A stretch of 64,000 nt of DNA from positions 318,556 to 382,555 of the forward strand of contig CBDDQA010000006.1 in NCBI GenBank assembly GCA_965232605.1. Reading direction: 5' to 3'. Under the pieces are notes generated by a model. The model did not search any database. It was not told the DNA's origin and saw nothing but the letters and a program-made list of their open reading frames with translations. The position numbers and the translations under genes are program-made. The stretch comes from an uncultured Candidatus Binatia bacterium (GTDB lineage Bacteria; Desulfobacterota; Binatia; Bin18). Shown here piece after piece: positions 30,064 to 39,373 of this stretch; within the stretch, counting starts at the first letter, position 1, and the number at the start of each line of letters is the position of its first letter.

Positions 30064-31335
30064 TCAGGCTTCGGTGAGCGTCTCCGCCGCCCTCACCCGC
30101 CGCGCTCGAGGCTCGACTTCGGCCGCCTGCAGGCGTTCTGCCTGCCACGCTTTCTTCAACATTTGCCGAAATTTTATGACCGCCACGTCAGTCTGCGAGA
30201 GGTGTTCGCGGCGCCAGTCCGACAGCATCCCCTGCCCCATGACCATCGCCCGATCCGGTCCGATGTTGCAGTGGTAAATATTGTTCGGCAGTCCCCATTT
30301 GCGCCAATGTACCGACTGCATGATCCACGCGCGGGCACGATCCTTGAATTCGCCGTGGAAGGTCGCGCACGTGAACACGCGGACCTTGCCTTCGTCGATC
30401 GGGACGGACCAGAAGATCGCGCCGGCCGGCCAGATCGGCGGGTGCGGCGCAAAATAAATATAGCCCGGGACATGCATGTCCCAACCCGATGCGTAGTGCG
30501 AGCCGCGGTGATCCGGCCCGGTCGTCTCCATGCCGACTTCCAAGCCGCCGCACTCAAGCTCGAGTCCGTAATGTTTTCCGTACCGCGCCTGGTCGAGAAA
30601 CTGCGAACAGCGCGCGTGGGCGAAACAGGCATGCGCCGCATCAGCGTTGTTGTCGATTGAATTCAGATAGTTGCAGTCCCAGTCCCAATGGATGAACCAC
30701 GGCCAAGAGCCCGACATTGCCTGGGCGACATGCGGAATGTTCTCGTCGAGGTCGGGCACCTTGTCGGGATCTCCCATGTAAGCCCAGATCACATGATGTC
30801 TTTCCAGCGCCGGATAGGCGCGTGTTCGGGTCTTGCGCGGTAATGGGCTGTCCGGACCTTCCGCGAGCGCTGCCACGCATTGGCCGCTGCCGTCGAACGT
30901 CCAACCGTGGTACGGACAACTGACCGTGCCGGGTGCATGCAGGTTGACCCAACCCTGCGACAAGCGCGCCAGGCGATGCGGGCAGACGTCGCTTAACGCG
31001 CGAGGCGAGCCGTCCTCGTCGCGAAATACGACGAGGTCCTCACCCAGTAAACGGGCCGATTGCAGCTGATTTTCTCGCAGGTCCTTCGCCGGCATCACGG
31101 GATACCAGAAATTGCGCAGGCCCTTGTAGGGGACATCATCCGGGATGCCTTTGGGCAGTTCTTGCAGATGCGGCGGGCATCGATCTGCCCACCGCTTCCA
31201 ACGCCTCAGATCGGAATGCGGCGCCAGCGAAGAAAGCGCCGCCCGAAACGTACTTTTTGATTCACACCGTATGAGTTCGCGTCGATTTCTCTCGACGTTA
31301 TGCGCGCGCCACCAGTCCCCGATCGTTGCTAACAT
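30064..31335 (-). CDS. Rieske non-heme iron oxygenase alpha subunit (CarAa/OMO/LigX-like alpha3 type)
   Basis: Rieske CPHR...CPYHGW; mononuclear Fe DNNADAAHACFAH; NFWYPV; EHLSQTDVAV. Confidence 0.9.
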   Translation of the reverse strand: MLATIGDWWRAHNVERNRRELIRCESKSTFRAALSSLAPHSDLRRWKRWADRCPPHLQELPKGIPDDVPYKGLRNFWYPVMPAKDLRENQLQSARLLGEDLVVFRDEDGSPRALSDVCPHRLARLSQGWVNLHAPGTVSCPYHGWTFDGSGQCVAALAEGPDSPLPRKTRTRAYPALERHHVIWAYMGDPDKVPDLDENIPHVAQAMSGSWPWFIHWDWDCNYLNSIDNNADAAHACFAHARCSQFLDQARYGKHYGLELECGGLEVGMETTGPDHRGSHYASGWDMHVPGYIYFAPHPPIWPAGAIFWSVPIDEGKVRVFTCATFHGEFKDRARAWIMQSVHWRKWGLPNNIYHCNIGPDRAMVMGQGMLSDWRREHLSQTDVAVIKFRQMLKKAWQAERLQAAEVEPRARRVRAAETLTEA

Positions 31336-31532
31336 GGATATTCTCCCCGTTGAGACGTGCGAATGAACGTCGCGTTAGCGTATAAGATGGACCGAGCGCT
31401 AACAACGGGTTAGAGGCTCTTATTTGGAATATGCGGACCTGGATTTACGGCGCGATATTTTTCCACCCGTCGCGTCTGGTAAACGAGTGATCCAAGGACA
31501 CCGGCGTATAGTCCGACGGGAGGGGAACCGCC

Positions 31533-31893
31533 ATGCCAGAGACCGATCCGCGCACGATCGATCAGAAACTGATCGAGGCGAATTTCTTTAGCGACCAGGA
31601 GGCCGTCTACGAGCTGTTCACGCAGATGCGGCGGGACGACCCCGTCCACTGGGCCGTGCGCGACGATGGCGTTAGCTTCTGGTCGGTCTTCAAGCACGCG
31701 GAATGCCGAGCGGTCCTGGACCATGCGGTGCTCTTCAACACCGGAACGACAGGGCAGATACCGCCGTTCGCCGCAGAGCTCGACATCGTGTCTAAGAAGG
31801 GTTTCGGCGTCGGCGAGAGCATCTTGACGACCGACCCGCCACGGCACACGAAAGTACGAGCAGTCTTCGAAGGGCCATTCAAACCGAAAGCGA
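31533..31893 (+). pseudogene. Cytochrome P450, N-terminal fragment
   Basis: YELFTQMRRDDPVHW...FWSVFKHAEC...SILTTDPPRHTKVRAVFEGPFKPKA, then unrelated sequence; no I-helix or heme Cys. Confidence 0.85.
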
Positions 31894-32035
31894 TGGTACA
31901 GCCACACCGCATGGCTGATAATCTCAGGCGGAAAGCGATGCTTTCGATACAGACTTGTGCTACGAGAACGCATACCCTCGTTACGACATGGAAAGCCGCT
32001 ACTTCACAAGGGCCTCGTTCACTTGACAATATCCA
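31887..32035 (-). mobile_element. IS6-family remnant (putative left end plus first ~29 codons of transposase)
   Basis: Minus strand MRSRSTSLYRKHRFPPEIISHAVWLYHRF is a typical IS6 transposase N-terminus; candidate end GGATATTGTCAAG near 32035-32023. Confidence 0.75.
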
Positions 32036-32156
32036 CGGTAGGCCTCTGCATGTAGTCGGGAAACTTTGCAGATGCCTTTGGTAGCCCTCATCGCATGGGA
32101 GGCCGACGCCGGTATCATAAAGCGCCCTCAGGGTTAAAGCCGAAAAGGGAATAGCT

Positions 32157-33473
32157 GTGAATAAAATGATGCACCTGACGGGTTTTATGGTTCATTGCCC
32201 GGCACCCCACACTCTGATGTCGTGGATATATCCACGAGAGAAGACGCGGCATTACTGGTATGAGCCTGAGTATTGGCAGACCATTGCCCGCACCCTGGAG
32301 CGGGGTAAGTTTGATATGTTCTTTTTTGCCGACCAGCTAGCCGCCTATGATGCCTACAAAGGCGGCATGGAGCCCACTCTCCGTTATGCTCTTCAGTTTC
32401 CCATCCACGACCCGGTTGTTTTGGTCCCCGCCTTGTCGACAGTAACCGAAAAACTCGGGTTTGCCATTACCATGTCCGCCACTTATTACGCTCCCTACAT
32501 GTTGGTTCGGAAGCTCTCTACGCTAGACCATCTGACAAAAGGCCGCATCGGCTGGAACATTGTCACCTCCTTTCACGGAAACGAAGCTCGGAACTTGGGC
32601 CTGGAGATGGTCATTCCTCATGATGAGCGGTATGAGCGAGCCGAAGAGTACATGGAGGTGTGTTATCAGCTGTGGAACAGTTGGGACTCGGACGCAGTGG
32701 TAATGGACATGGAGAGGGGAGTGTTTGCTGATCCAACTAAGGTCCGGAAGATAGACTTTAAGGGGAGATGGTTTCAGTGTACGGGACCGTCGAGTGTCAT
32801 GCCTTCACCGCAAGGCCATCCAGTGCTCATCCAGGCCGGCGCATCGGGCCGAGGCCGGGAGTTTGCTGCCAAGCACGCGGAGTGTATTTTCGGGCTGCAA
32901 CGCACCCCCCAAGCGATGCGTGCGTTTGCCGACGACATGCGGGCTCGGGCTAAAAAGTACGGCCGCAAACCTGAAGACATCAAAATTCTCTGGGGGGTGA
33001 TTCCTATTGTGGGGAAGACAGAAGAGGAGGCCAAGGCAAAAAAGCGGGCCAGTCTTGAACGCATTCCGATTGAGGCCGGGCTAGCACTGATGTCGGGTCA
33101 TTTCAATTACGATCTGTCACAGCTGGATTTGGACCAGCCCTTTGAGAACCTTGAAGTGCCAGGTATCCAGGGCATGGTAGAGATCTTCACTCAGCAGCCC
33201 GGGAAAAAACCAACGTTGCGGGAGGTAGCCACCATCTATGGAGCAGGGATAGCTATGCCGCATCTTATAGGGACGTCGGAGCAGGTGGCCGACCAGCTCG
33301 CCTACTTGCACAAGGAAGGTGGGGGCGATGGGTTCCAATTCAGCCCGGCCTACTATGGGCCGGATTACTTTGAAGAGATAGTAGACTTGCTCATTCCGGT
33401 GTTGCAGAAGCGGGGATTGTTTCGGAAGGAGTATGAAGGCGGAATCCTGCGGGAGCATTTGCAGCAGTATTAG
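32157..33473 (+). CDS. NtaA/SnaA/DszA-family FMN-dependent monooxygenase (LLM), paralog of 27281..28621
   Basis: LERGKFDMFFFAD, KLSTLDHLTKGRIGWNIVTS, SPQGHPVLIQAGASGRGREFAAKHAE. Confidence 0.93.
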   Translation: MNKMMHLTGFMVHCPAPHTLMSWIYPREKTRHYWYEPEYWQTIARTLERGKFDMFFFADQLAAYDAYKGGMEPTLRYALQFPIHDPVVLVPALSTVTEKLGFAITMSATYYAPYMLVRKLSTLDHLTKGRIGWNIVTSFHGNEARNLGLEMVIPHDERYERAEEYMEVCYQLWNSWDSDAVVMDMERGVFADPTKVRKIDFKGRWFQCTGPSSVMPSPQGHPVLIQAGASGRGREFAAKHAECIFGLQRTPQAMRAFADDMRARAKKYGRKPEDIKILWGVIPIVGKTEEEAKAKKRASLERIPIEAGLALMSGHFNYDLSQLDLDQPFENLEVPGIQGMVEIFTQQPGKKPTLREVATIYGAGIAMPHLIGTSEQVADQLAYLHKEGGGDGFQFSPAYYGPDYFEEIVDLLIPVLQKRGLFRKEYEGGILREHLQQY

Positions 33474-33559
33474 GACCACAACGACGATTTGGAGTTCTTC
33501 CGGGTCGAGTTGTTCAGATTTTGTTTCCTATCCTGATCACTTGACAGTGCGGGGCCTCA

Positions 33560-33757
33560 TTACTCTTCGATGATTTCGATTGCGAACTCGGGGCATCCCT
33601 GCGCTGCTAAACGAGCTTTTTCCTCGAGTTCTGCCGGGATGTCGCCGGCAATGAGTAGCACTGCGAGGTCCTCATCGTTGAGGCCGAAGAGCTCAGGTGC
33701 AAGCGCGTGGCAGCGGGCGTGGCCCTGGCAGGCATAGCGGTTTACGGTGATCTTCAT
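33560..33757 (-). CDS. Ferredoxin (P450-associated, 3Fe-4S type)
   Basis: CQGHARC...APELF...CPEFAI (CxxHxxC...CP). Confidence 0.9.
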   Translation of the reverse strand: MKITVNRYACQGHARCHALAPELFGLNDEDLAVLLIAGDIPAELEEKARLAAQGCPEFAIEIIEE

Positions 33758-33840
33758 GGGAGATAAACGGATAGCCCGCACATCCGCGACTAGTCGTTGA
33801 TTCTCTCGATAGCGGGAGGAACGGGAAGGCCACGTGTCTG

Positions 33841-35052
33841 CTATTTCTCACTCGCGGGGGTAAAGGTCAGGGGCATATACCTTGGGGCCCGAACAAAGCT
33901 GCCTACTTCCTGTGGGATATGACCGTCGGCGAATGCGATGTCGTCCATTGCGTCGAGGAGTTGATTGGTCGCCGTCTCCGCTTCCATTGCCGCGAGGTAG
34001 GTCCCGATGCAGAAGTGGCGACCAAGTGAGAACGTCATGTGGTTGGCGGCGCCGGTAAATTCCTTATCAGTTTGCAAATCATCCCGGAAAATATTGAAGG
34101 TATCCGGTTCAGAGAATTTCCGTGGGTCCCGATTCGCCGCGGCCAGCAGCAGAGTTACCGTCGAGCCGGCCGGGACCGTCACGCCATGAAACTCGACATC
34201 CTCCGCTGCCTGGCGCATGATCATCAGCACTGCGGCCGTATGCCGGAGGGACTCGGCGAAGGCGGTCTTGATCAAACTGCGCTCCTCGCGCACCGCTTGC
34301 AGTTGATCGGGGTTTTCCAGGAGACGGAGCCACATATTCGACATCTGTAAGTCTGTCGACTCGCTGCCGGCAACGAGGAGGAAGCTGATATACGACTTGA
34401 TATCGATGTCGGACATCCTTTCTCCGTCGATTTCGGCATGCACGATTTGGCTGATCAGATCGTCACGCGGGTTTTCCTTACGGTCCTGGATGAGTGGCAT
34501 CATATACGCCTTCAACTCATCATGCGTGCGGAGCCCCGCCGCAGTGAGGTCGGGGTCGCCTGTCGTATTGGTAAAGTAGTCGTGGATGTCGTTATACCAG
34601 CGATGGAACTTCCCCTTGTCCTGCGGGTCAAGCCCGAGGACGTCAATAATCACACTCAGCGGGAGCCTCTGCGTGAACTGGGACACCAGCTCGACTCTAC
34701 CGTCGTAGCGCCAGGCATCGATGAGTTGCTTCACGTTGTTCACAACAATCGACTCGAAGTTCTCTCGCAGCTTAGCTCCTCGCAGCGTGGGGATGACGAC
34801 AGCGCGAGTGTGCCGGTGTTCGCTTCCGTCCAGTTGCATAATGCTCCTGCCATGCACGGGTTCCAACTGCCAGGAATAGTTTTCCGTCGTGAATGACGGA
34901 TTCCTGAGAGCGGACTTGATGTCCTCGTGGCGGGAAAGGACCCAGCTGTTCAGTCCCTCCTGAAAATAGATCGGGTGATTCTCGCGGATGTCCTCAAGGA
35001 TCGGGTACGGATCCTTTTCATACTCGGACGACATGATATTGGGCGTAGACAT
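33841..35052 (-). CDS. Cytochrome P450 (resembles CYP134/CypX clade)
   Basis: DPYP, AGSES, ESLR (ExxR), AANRDP, heme motif FSLGRHFCIG. Confidence 0.93.
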   Translation of the reverse strand: MSTPNIMSSEYEKDPYPILEDIRENHPIYFQEGLNSWVLSRHEDIKSALRNPSFTTENYSWQLEPVHGRSIMQLDGSEHRHTRAVVIPTLRGAKLRENFESIVVNNVKQLIDAWRYDGRVELVSQFTQRLPLSVIIDVLGLDPQDKGKFHRWYNDIHDYFTNTTGDPDLTAAGLRTHDELKAYMMPLIQDRKENPRDDLISQIVHAEIDGERMSDIDIKSYISFLLVAGSESTDLQMSNMWLRLLENPDQLQAVREERSLIKTAFAESLRHTAAVLMIMRQAAEDVEFHGVTVPAGSTVTLLLAAANRDPRKFSEPDTFNIFRDDLQTDKEFTGAANHMTFSLGRHFCIGTYLAAMEAETATNQLLDAMDDIAFADGHIPQEVGSFVRAPRYMPLTFTPASEK

Positions 35053-35081
35053 AATGGCAACTTCCCTTTGACGCGGTCGAG

Positions 35082-35510
35082 TTAAAGGGGCAGCTGAGGT
35101 CTGAATTTAGGCAGCGTCACGTCATCACTGACAGTGTCGAACCAGACTTCAACCGGCATACCGACTTGGAGCTCGTCAGGTACGACTCCCGTCACCCAGG
35201 TTGTGAGTCGCGGCCCTTCATCCAGTTCGACCACCACTGCTGCATATGGAACGTCCTCGGCGAATGCCGGGTCGAGCGCCTGATACACGGTCGTCCAACA
35301 ATAGACCGTGCCCGTGCCTTTTGTCGGAGCCCATGCCCACTCCAGAGAGTGACAACTGGTGCACATGGGCCGCGGCGGATGACGCCACGTTCCACACTGC
35401 CGACAGCATTGAAAGCGCAGCTCCCGCTGCTGACACCAGTCATAGAATTCCTTTGTGTAGCCTCCCAGGACGGGCAATCGAACAAGCGGTGTTGCCTTCT
35501 CAGTCGTCAT
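35082..35510 (-). CDS. Zn-ribbon / OB-fold protein (DUF35, ChsH2-like)
   Basis: QCCRQCG..HPPRPMCTSC...GTVYCWTTV...PYAAVVVELDEGPRL. Confidence 0.92.
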   Translation of the reverse strand: MTTEKATPLVRLPVLGGYTKEFYDWCQQRELRFQCCRQCGTWRHPPRPMCTSCHSLEWAWAPTKGTGTVYCWTTVYQALDPAFAEDVPYAAVVVELDEGPRLTTWVTGVVPDELQVGMPVEVWFDTVSDDVTLPKFRPQLPL

Positions 35511-35522
35511 GTTGCGACTCCC

Positions 35523-36713
35523 TCAGCGACGTAAAATCGCGATCGACCCATGCCCGTGACCTCCCCAGCCGGTCACCACCCCGAACTCGGCGTCTTGCAC
35601 TTGACGCGAGCCGGCCTCGTGGCGGAGTTGCACAACGGCCTCAACCAGGTGGTTCATACCGGTATTGTGCGCCTGTGAGAGCAGACCGCCGTGCGTATTC
35701 ACCGGCAGCGCGCCGCCGAGTTCGATCCGTCCGTTTTCGACGAAAGGTCCCCCTTCGCCTTTCTTGCAGAATCCCGCCGACTCAATTTGCAAAATGGCCT
35801 GTCCGGTGAAGCAGTCGTAAATCTCGGCGAAATCAATATCGCTCGGCTGGACCCCGGCCATCGCGTAGGCGCGCGACGCGCAAAAGTCGAGCCCGATTTT
35901 AAGGATATCGGGTCGATTGGGAATATCGTGGGGTGGAAACGGATGGCCCGACGCCACGCCCGTTACATAGACAGGTTGCTTGCGCAGATCTTTGGCGCGC
36001 TCGGCAGACGTCATAAGTAACGCTGCCGCGCCGTCGGTCTCCAGGCAACAATCCAACAGCCGGTAGGGATAACTGACCCACCGCGACGACAAGTAATCCT
36101 CCAAAGTGAGCGGCGCCCGCTGCATGAGGGCGTTGGGGTGCAACTGGGCGTGTTTGCGCATCGCCACCGCCACCGCCCCCAGTTGCTCGTGGGTGGTGCC
36201 GTACAGTTGCATATGTCGCTGTGTCATCCATGCGTAATGTTGGGGCGGCGCCGCCACGCCGAACGGCGCGTAGTAGTCCCTGATGGTTTCCGCCGCTTGG
36301 AGTCCCGTCCCAGGGTCGGACGTCACTTGCCGAGCTCTCCGTCCGGAATAGAACCGGCTGCACAGAGGAATCAAGGCATACTGCGCAATCCCACTGGCCA
36401 GCGCGGTGGCGGCGGACTCGACGGCAGACACACACATGGCCCCGCCCATTTCCTGGAGAGCGGTGGTGTAATGCAAATCTTGCAGTCCCAGGTTCGCGCA
36501 AAAATCACCCGCCGTGCCGCCGCTCCCGGCGCCGTTGGGGAGAATCACCGCGTCGATGTCTCCGGGCTGTAGGCCGGCGTCCTCGATCGCGCCCATCGAT
36601 GCCTCCAAGGCAAGTTCGAGCGCACTCTTAGGCGTGCCGCGCGTGTAGTCTGTCTCGCCAATACCGACGATGCAGGTTTGGTCCCTCAAATCGGTTAACG
36701 CCGGCATACGCAT
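35523..36713 (-). CDS. Thiolase-like protein (Ltp2 / SCP2-thiolase type)
   Basis: IVGIGETDY, RLLDCCLETDGAAAL, EIYDCFT, NTHGGLLSQAH. Confidence 0.92.
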   Translation of the reverse strand: MRMPALTDLRDQTCIVGIGETDYTRGTPKSALELALEASMGAIEDAGLQPGDIDAVILPNGAGSGGTAGDFCANLGLQDLHYTTALQEMGGAMCVSAVESAATALASGIAQYALIPLCSRFYSGRRARQVTSDPGTGLQAAETIRDYYAPFGVAAPPQHYAWMTQRHMQLYGTTHEQLGAVAVAMRKHAQLHPNALMQRAPLTLEDYLSSRWVSYPYRLLDCCLETDGAAALLMTSAERAKDLRKQPVYVTGVASGHPFPPHDIPNRPDILKIGLDFCASRAYAMAGVQPSDIDFAEIYDCFTGQAILQIESAGFCKKGEGGPFVENGRIELGGALPVNTHGGLLSQAHNTGMNHLVEAVVQLRHEAGSRQVQDAEFGVVTGWGGHGHGSIAILRR

Positions 36714-36767
36714 TGCCCCCTACAGGTATGACATCGTTTCCAGGCTGTGGCTTCGGCAAAGACCGGG

Positions 36768-37208
36768 CTACCGCCATTCCTCCTCTGTATGCAGGCGGGT
36801 CAGGTGAATCTTTTTCATCTTCCACCGGCCATCTTCCTTCACATAGTCTTCGTGATAATGCCCCCAGCCCTTAAAGTTGCAGGTCGGCAGGCGCACATCG
36901 TCAAACATCGACCAGACGCCGCGTGCGGTTGTTGGGCTGGTCAGTTCGATTTCCGGCATATAGCCCTGATGTATCGATTTTGCGCCGGTCATCAGCGTAC
37001 GGATGCCGTCAACCAGCGCGTCGCGGCCCTTGATCTTGATGTCGCGCGGCAGCTCCTCGCTGGCGCGCGGCGCGCCCTCGTATACCGCCGAGATATCGGC
37101 AACGAAACATTCGCTCAAAAGATTCCACTGCTGCGTGTCCATCAATCGGAAATAGCGCGCTTTGAGCTGGCGGATCGCTTCCAGGTCGTTGTGTTGGTCG
37201 ATGGTCAT
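36768..37208 (-). CDS. NTF2-like (SnoaL_4 / BaiE-type) protein
   Basis: AIRQLKARYFRLMDTQQW...HQGYMPEIELTSPTTARGVWSMFD...GWGHYHEDY; GGGAG RBS. Confidence 0.9.
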   Translation of the reverse strand: MTIDQHNDLEAIRQLKARYFRLMDTQQWNLLSECFVADISAVYEGAPRASEELPRDIKIKGRDALVDGIRTLMTGAKSIHQGYMPEIELTSPTTARGVWSMFDDVRLPTCNFKGWGHYHEDYVKEDGRWKMKKIHLTRLHTEEEWR

Positions 37209-37363
37209 GTGTTGCTCCCTTGGGCTGCGTGTTGTTTGATCAGCCGTCACAGCGTACCTGGACGGGCTCCTCATAAAAGACCGGCCCAGGGTAGCGCGTT
37301 TGGGCAACAAAAACGAGGAGCGTGCGCTCCGCGCTTCCCCCTTTGAAAAGGGAATTATATCTT

Positions 37364-37534
37364 TTATTCACATTCCTTCGCTCGAAAAGGACGGAAAAAT
37401 GCCGCTCTGATCTTCTCTAGCGACCAGTTGGGCATGTCCTGGGTTTCCTCTTGTTCTGCTTTGCTCGGCTGGTAGGTGCTCGGTTGCAACATGATATCAG
37501 TCGGTTGCTCGATTCCAGGTTGCTTCTTTCCCAT
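37364..37534 (-). CDS. Small YQPxKAE protein A (56 aa), not in the ORF track
   Basis: MGKKQPGIEQPTDIMLQPSTYQPSKAEQEETQDMPNWSLEKIRAAFFRPFRAKECE; GGGAG RBS; stop lies inside the left TIR. Confidence 0.7.
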   Translation of the reverse strand: MGKKQPGIEQPTDIMLQPSTYQPSKAEQEETQDMPNWSLEKIRAAFFRPFRAKECE

Positions 37535-37580
37535 ATCTCAAGTCTCCCTTTGTTTGCGTTTTCTATCGGGTGTACGACCC

Positions 37581-38825
37581 TCAGCATTCAAGTTCATCAT
37601 CCATCAAGCAAGGTGATGACTGCTGAGGACAGAACCCAGTGGGGTTATTCCACGCCTCCCAGATGAGACGATAGCCGTCAGGATCATGGTGCCAGAGTTC
37701 ATTCCGGTTCCACGGGTAAGAGTTGTTAAAGGCCCACATTGCTTCCGACGCTTCGGCAAAATACTCAAACTCGTTAAGTCTGGCCCAATGCGGTTCAAGT
37801 GGGATTGATCCAGGAGGAGTACGCTGATGTATAGGCCCCAGCCCACTGCTTTGTTCTGATGTTTCTACAGCATCATAAAGCGCCTTGGAGGATTCATATT
37901 GTTGCCTGATGCAGATGTTTGAGAACCCATCGGCAATGACCTGAGCGTGAAAGGCATGTGCTAACTCATGCAATAGCACCGATTGTCGGGTATGGTCGAA
38001 GCGCAACCAGGACATGCCGTCCCACTCAGTCCCCAGTACGGCAATGCCAATCCGGTTCAATTCTATGTTGTAACATGCGGACCCCCGGTGCTCACGGCTA
38101 CAAGGCCACTCTTCTGACCAGTCTGAAGCAGTATCGAGGTAAATAGACACCCCACTGTCAATCAACTGCCAGATCGCAGTTCTGGGAACCGCATTATAGG
38201 AGGTGAGCCAAAGGAGTTGTGCTTTGATGATATCGAGTTCCCAGTTCAAAGCAGCCGGGGTGTAATCAGGAGACTCGTAGACGGTGGGAGAAATATGCAC
38301 GTCAAATCCTTCAATTATGTGGTGGGTTGGATATTTCCCGCCTGCATCAAAATCCGACAACTCCATGTGTTGTGTATTCTCGTTCCACTCAAAAGTGGCG
38401 GCGTCTCCCGGATTCGGGAAGTTTCGCATTTCAAACATACCATCCGCATCTTTCACAAATTCTTCATCGAATGTCACAACTTCAAATGTAGCCGAGGCAA
38501 ATTGTACGCCGTTGTCGCAGGCAACAATCCGATGTGTACCGTTACCGAGCAATGCCCAATTCATCTGTGCAATGAAGCCGTTATTTGTTACGCCGCCGCA
38601 TTCTGACCGCGTATCAGCGCGTGGCTGGTGCATAGCAACTGACATGGCTGCGCCCCCGTTGATCCGCACCGTGATTTGACTGGCATTGCATTTCCAGCCA
38701 GAAATGAACCCCAAGCCCGAGACGAGTGCCCCACGGGCAGGGCTTTCGAGAGTGGCGGGCCATCCGGGTGTTGCGACCAGGATAACAGTCAGGAGACCAA
38801 GTAGTGCTGCAAATAACCGACGCAT
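37581..38825 (-). CDS. Secreted protein with N-terminal beta domain and C-terminal HEXXH zinc metallopeptidase (ATLF/PPEP-like)
   Basis: Signal peptide MRRLFAALLGLLTVILVATPGWPA; VLLHELAHAFH followed by NEFEYFAEASEA. Confidence 0.75.
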   Translation of the reverse strand: MRRLFAALLGLLTVILVATPGWPATLESPARGALVSGLGFISGWKCNASQITVRINGGAAMSVAMHQPRADTRSECGGVTNNGFIAQMNWALLGNGTHRIVACDNGVQFASATFEVVTFDEEFVKDADGMFEMRNFPNPGDAATFEWNENTQHMELSDFDAGGKYPTHHIIEGFDVHISPTVYESPDYTPAALNWELDIIKAQLLWLTSYNAVPRTAIWQLIDSGVSIYLDTASDWSEEWPCSREHRGSACYNIELNRIGIAVLGTEWDGMSWLRFDHTRQSVLLHELAHAFHAQVIADGFSNICIRQQYESSKALYDAVETSEQSSGLGPIHQRTPPGSIPLEPHWARLNEFEYFAEASEAMWAFNNSYPWNRNELWHHDPDGYRLIWEAWNNPTGFCPQQSSPCLMDDELEC

Positions 38826-39217
38826 GGGCAGACTTTGCCTTTCTCTGCCCATCGGCTAGGATACCTGAGTCCGAACCCAACGCGGCTCCTACCCACTGGG
38901 CAGTGTTGGACCCCGTGCCGGAGAATCAGTTCGGCGCGGAGCACATTGATGTTCGCTTGGCCCAGGATTGCCGGGCCGCGTCCCTTTACACAGCAACGAG
39001 TGATGTGAAGTCTTGCGTGTTCACCACAGCACGGGTAGCTACTCCCGCACTTGCGCGTGGCTCTTGTATTCGGCAAGAGGCCCGACGCACGGACCCGCTG
39101 CCAGTAAAGGGACTACGGACAACATGGCGAAAGAAGTGTGCTAGGTCAAGCGGAAAACTATTGGGGCAAACATGCTAAAAGGACTGCATTCTCCCTCGGC
39201 AAGAAAAGGATACGACG

Positions 39218-39373
39218 ATGCGGAAAACTACAGTAACGGTTCAACCCCATAGCTATCAGCCGAAAAAAGCCGAATTGGAGGCTGATGTGAGCATTGACGC
39301 CACGCCAGAGGAGTTGGCTCGCGCCTTAATGCAGCCTGTAGTCGTTCAGAAAACTGAGGACGAAGAGGACTGA
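39218..39373 (+). CDS. Small YQPxKAE protein B (51 aa), not in the ORF track
   Basis: MRKTTVTVQPHSYQPKKAELEADVSIDATPEELARALMQPVVVQKTEDEED; AAGGA RBS; ends about 25 bp before the right TIR. Confidence 0.7.
   Translation: MRKTTVTVQPHSYQPKKAELEADVSIDATPEELARALMQPVVVQKTEDEED

Noticed and set aside
31410-31973. 187-aa minus-strand ORF as an intact IS6 transposase
   Set aside because: Only the first ~29 residues are IS6-like; the rest is antisense to the P450 fragment.
38853-39217. Possible degraded transposase inside the cassette
   Set aside because: No IS1595 zinc-ribbon or DDE motif found by eye in the frames checked; left unexplained. BLASTx would decide.
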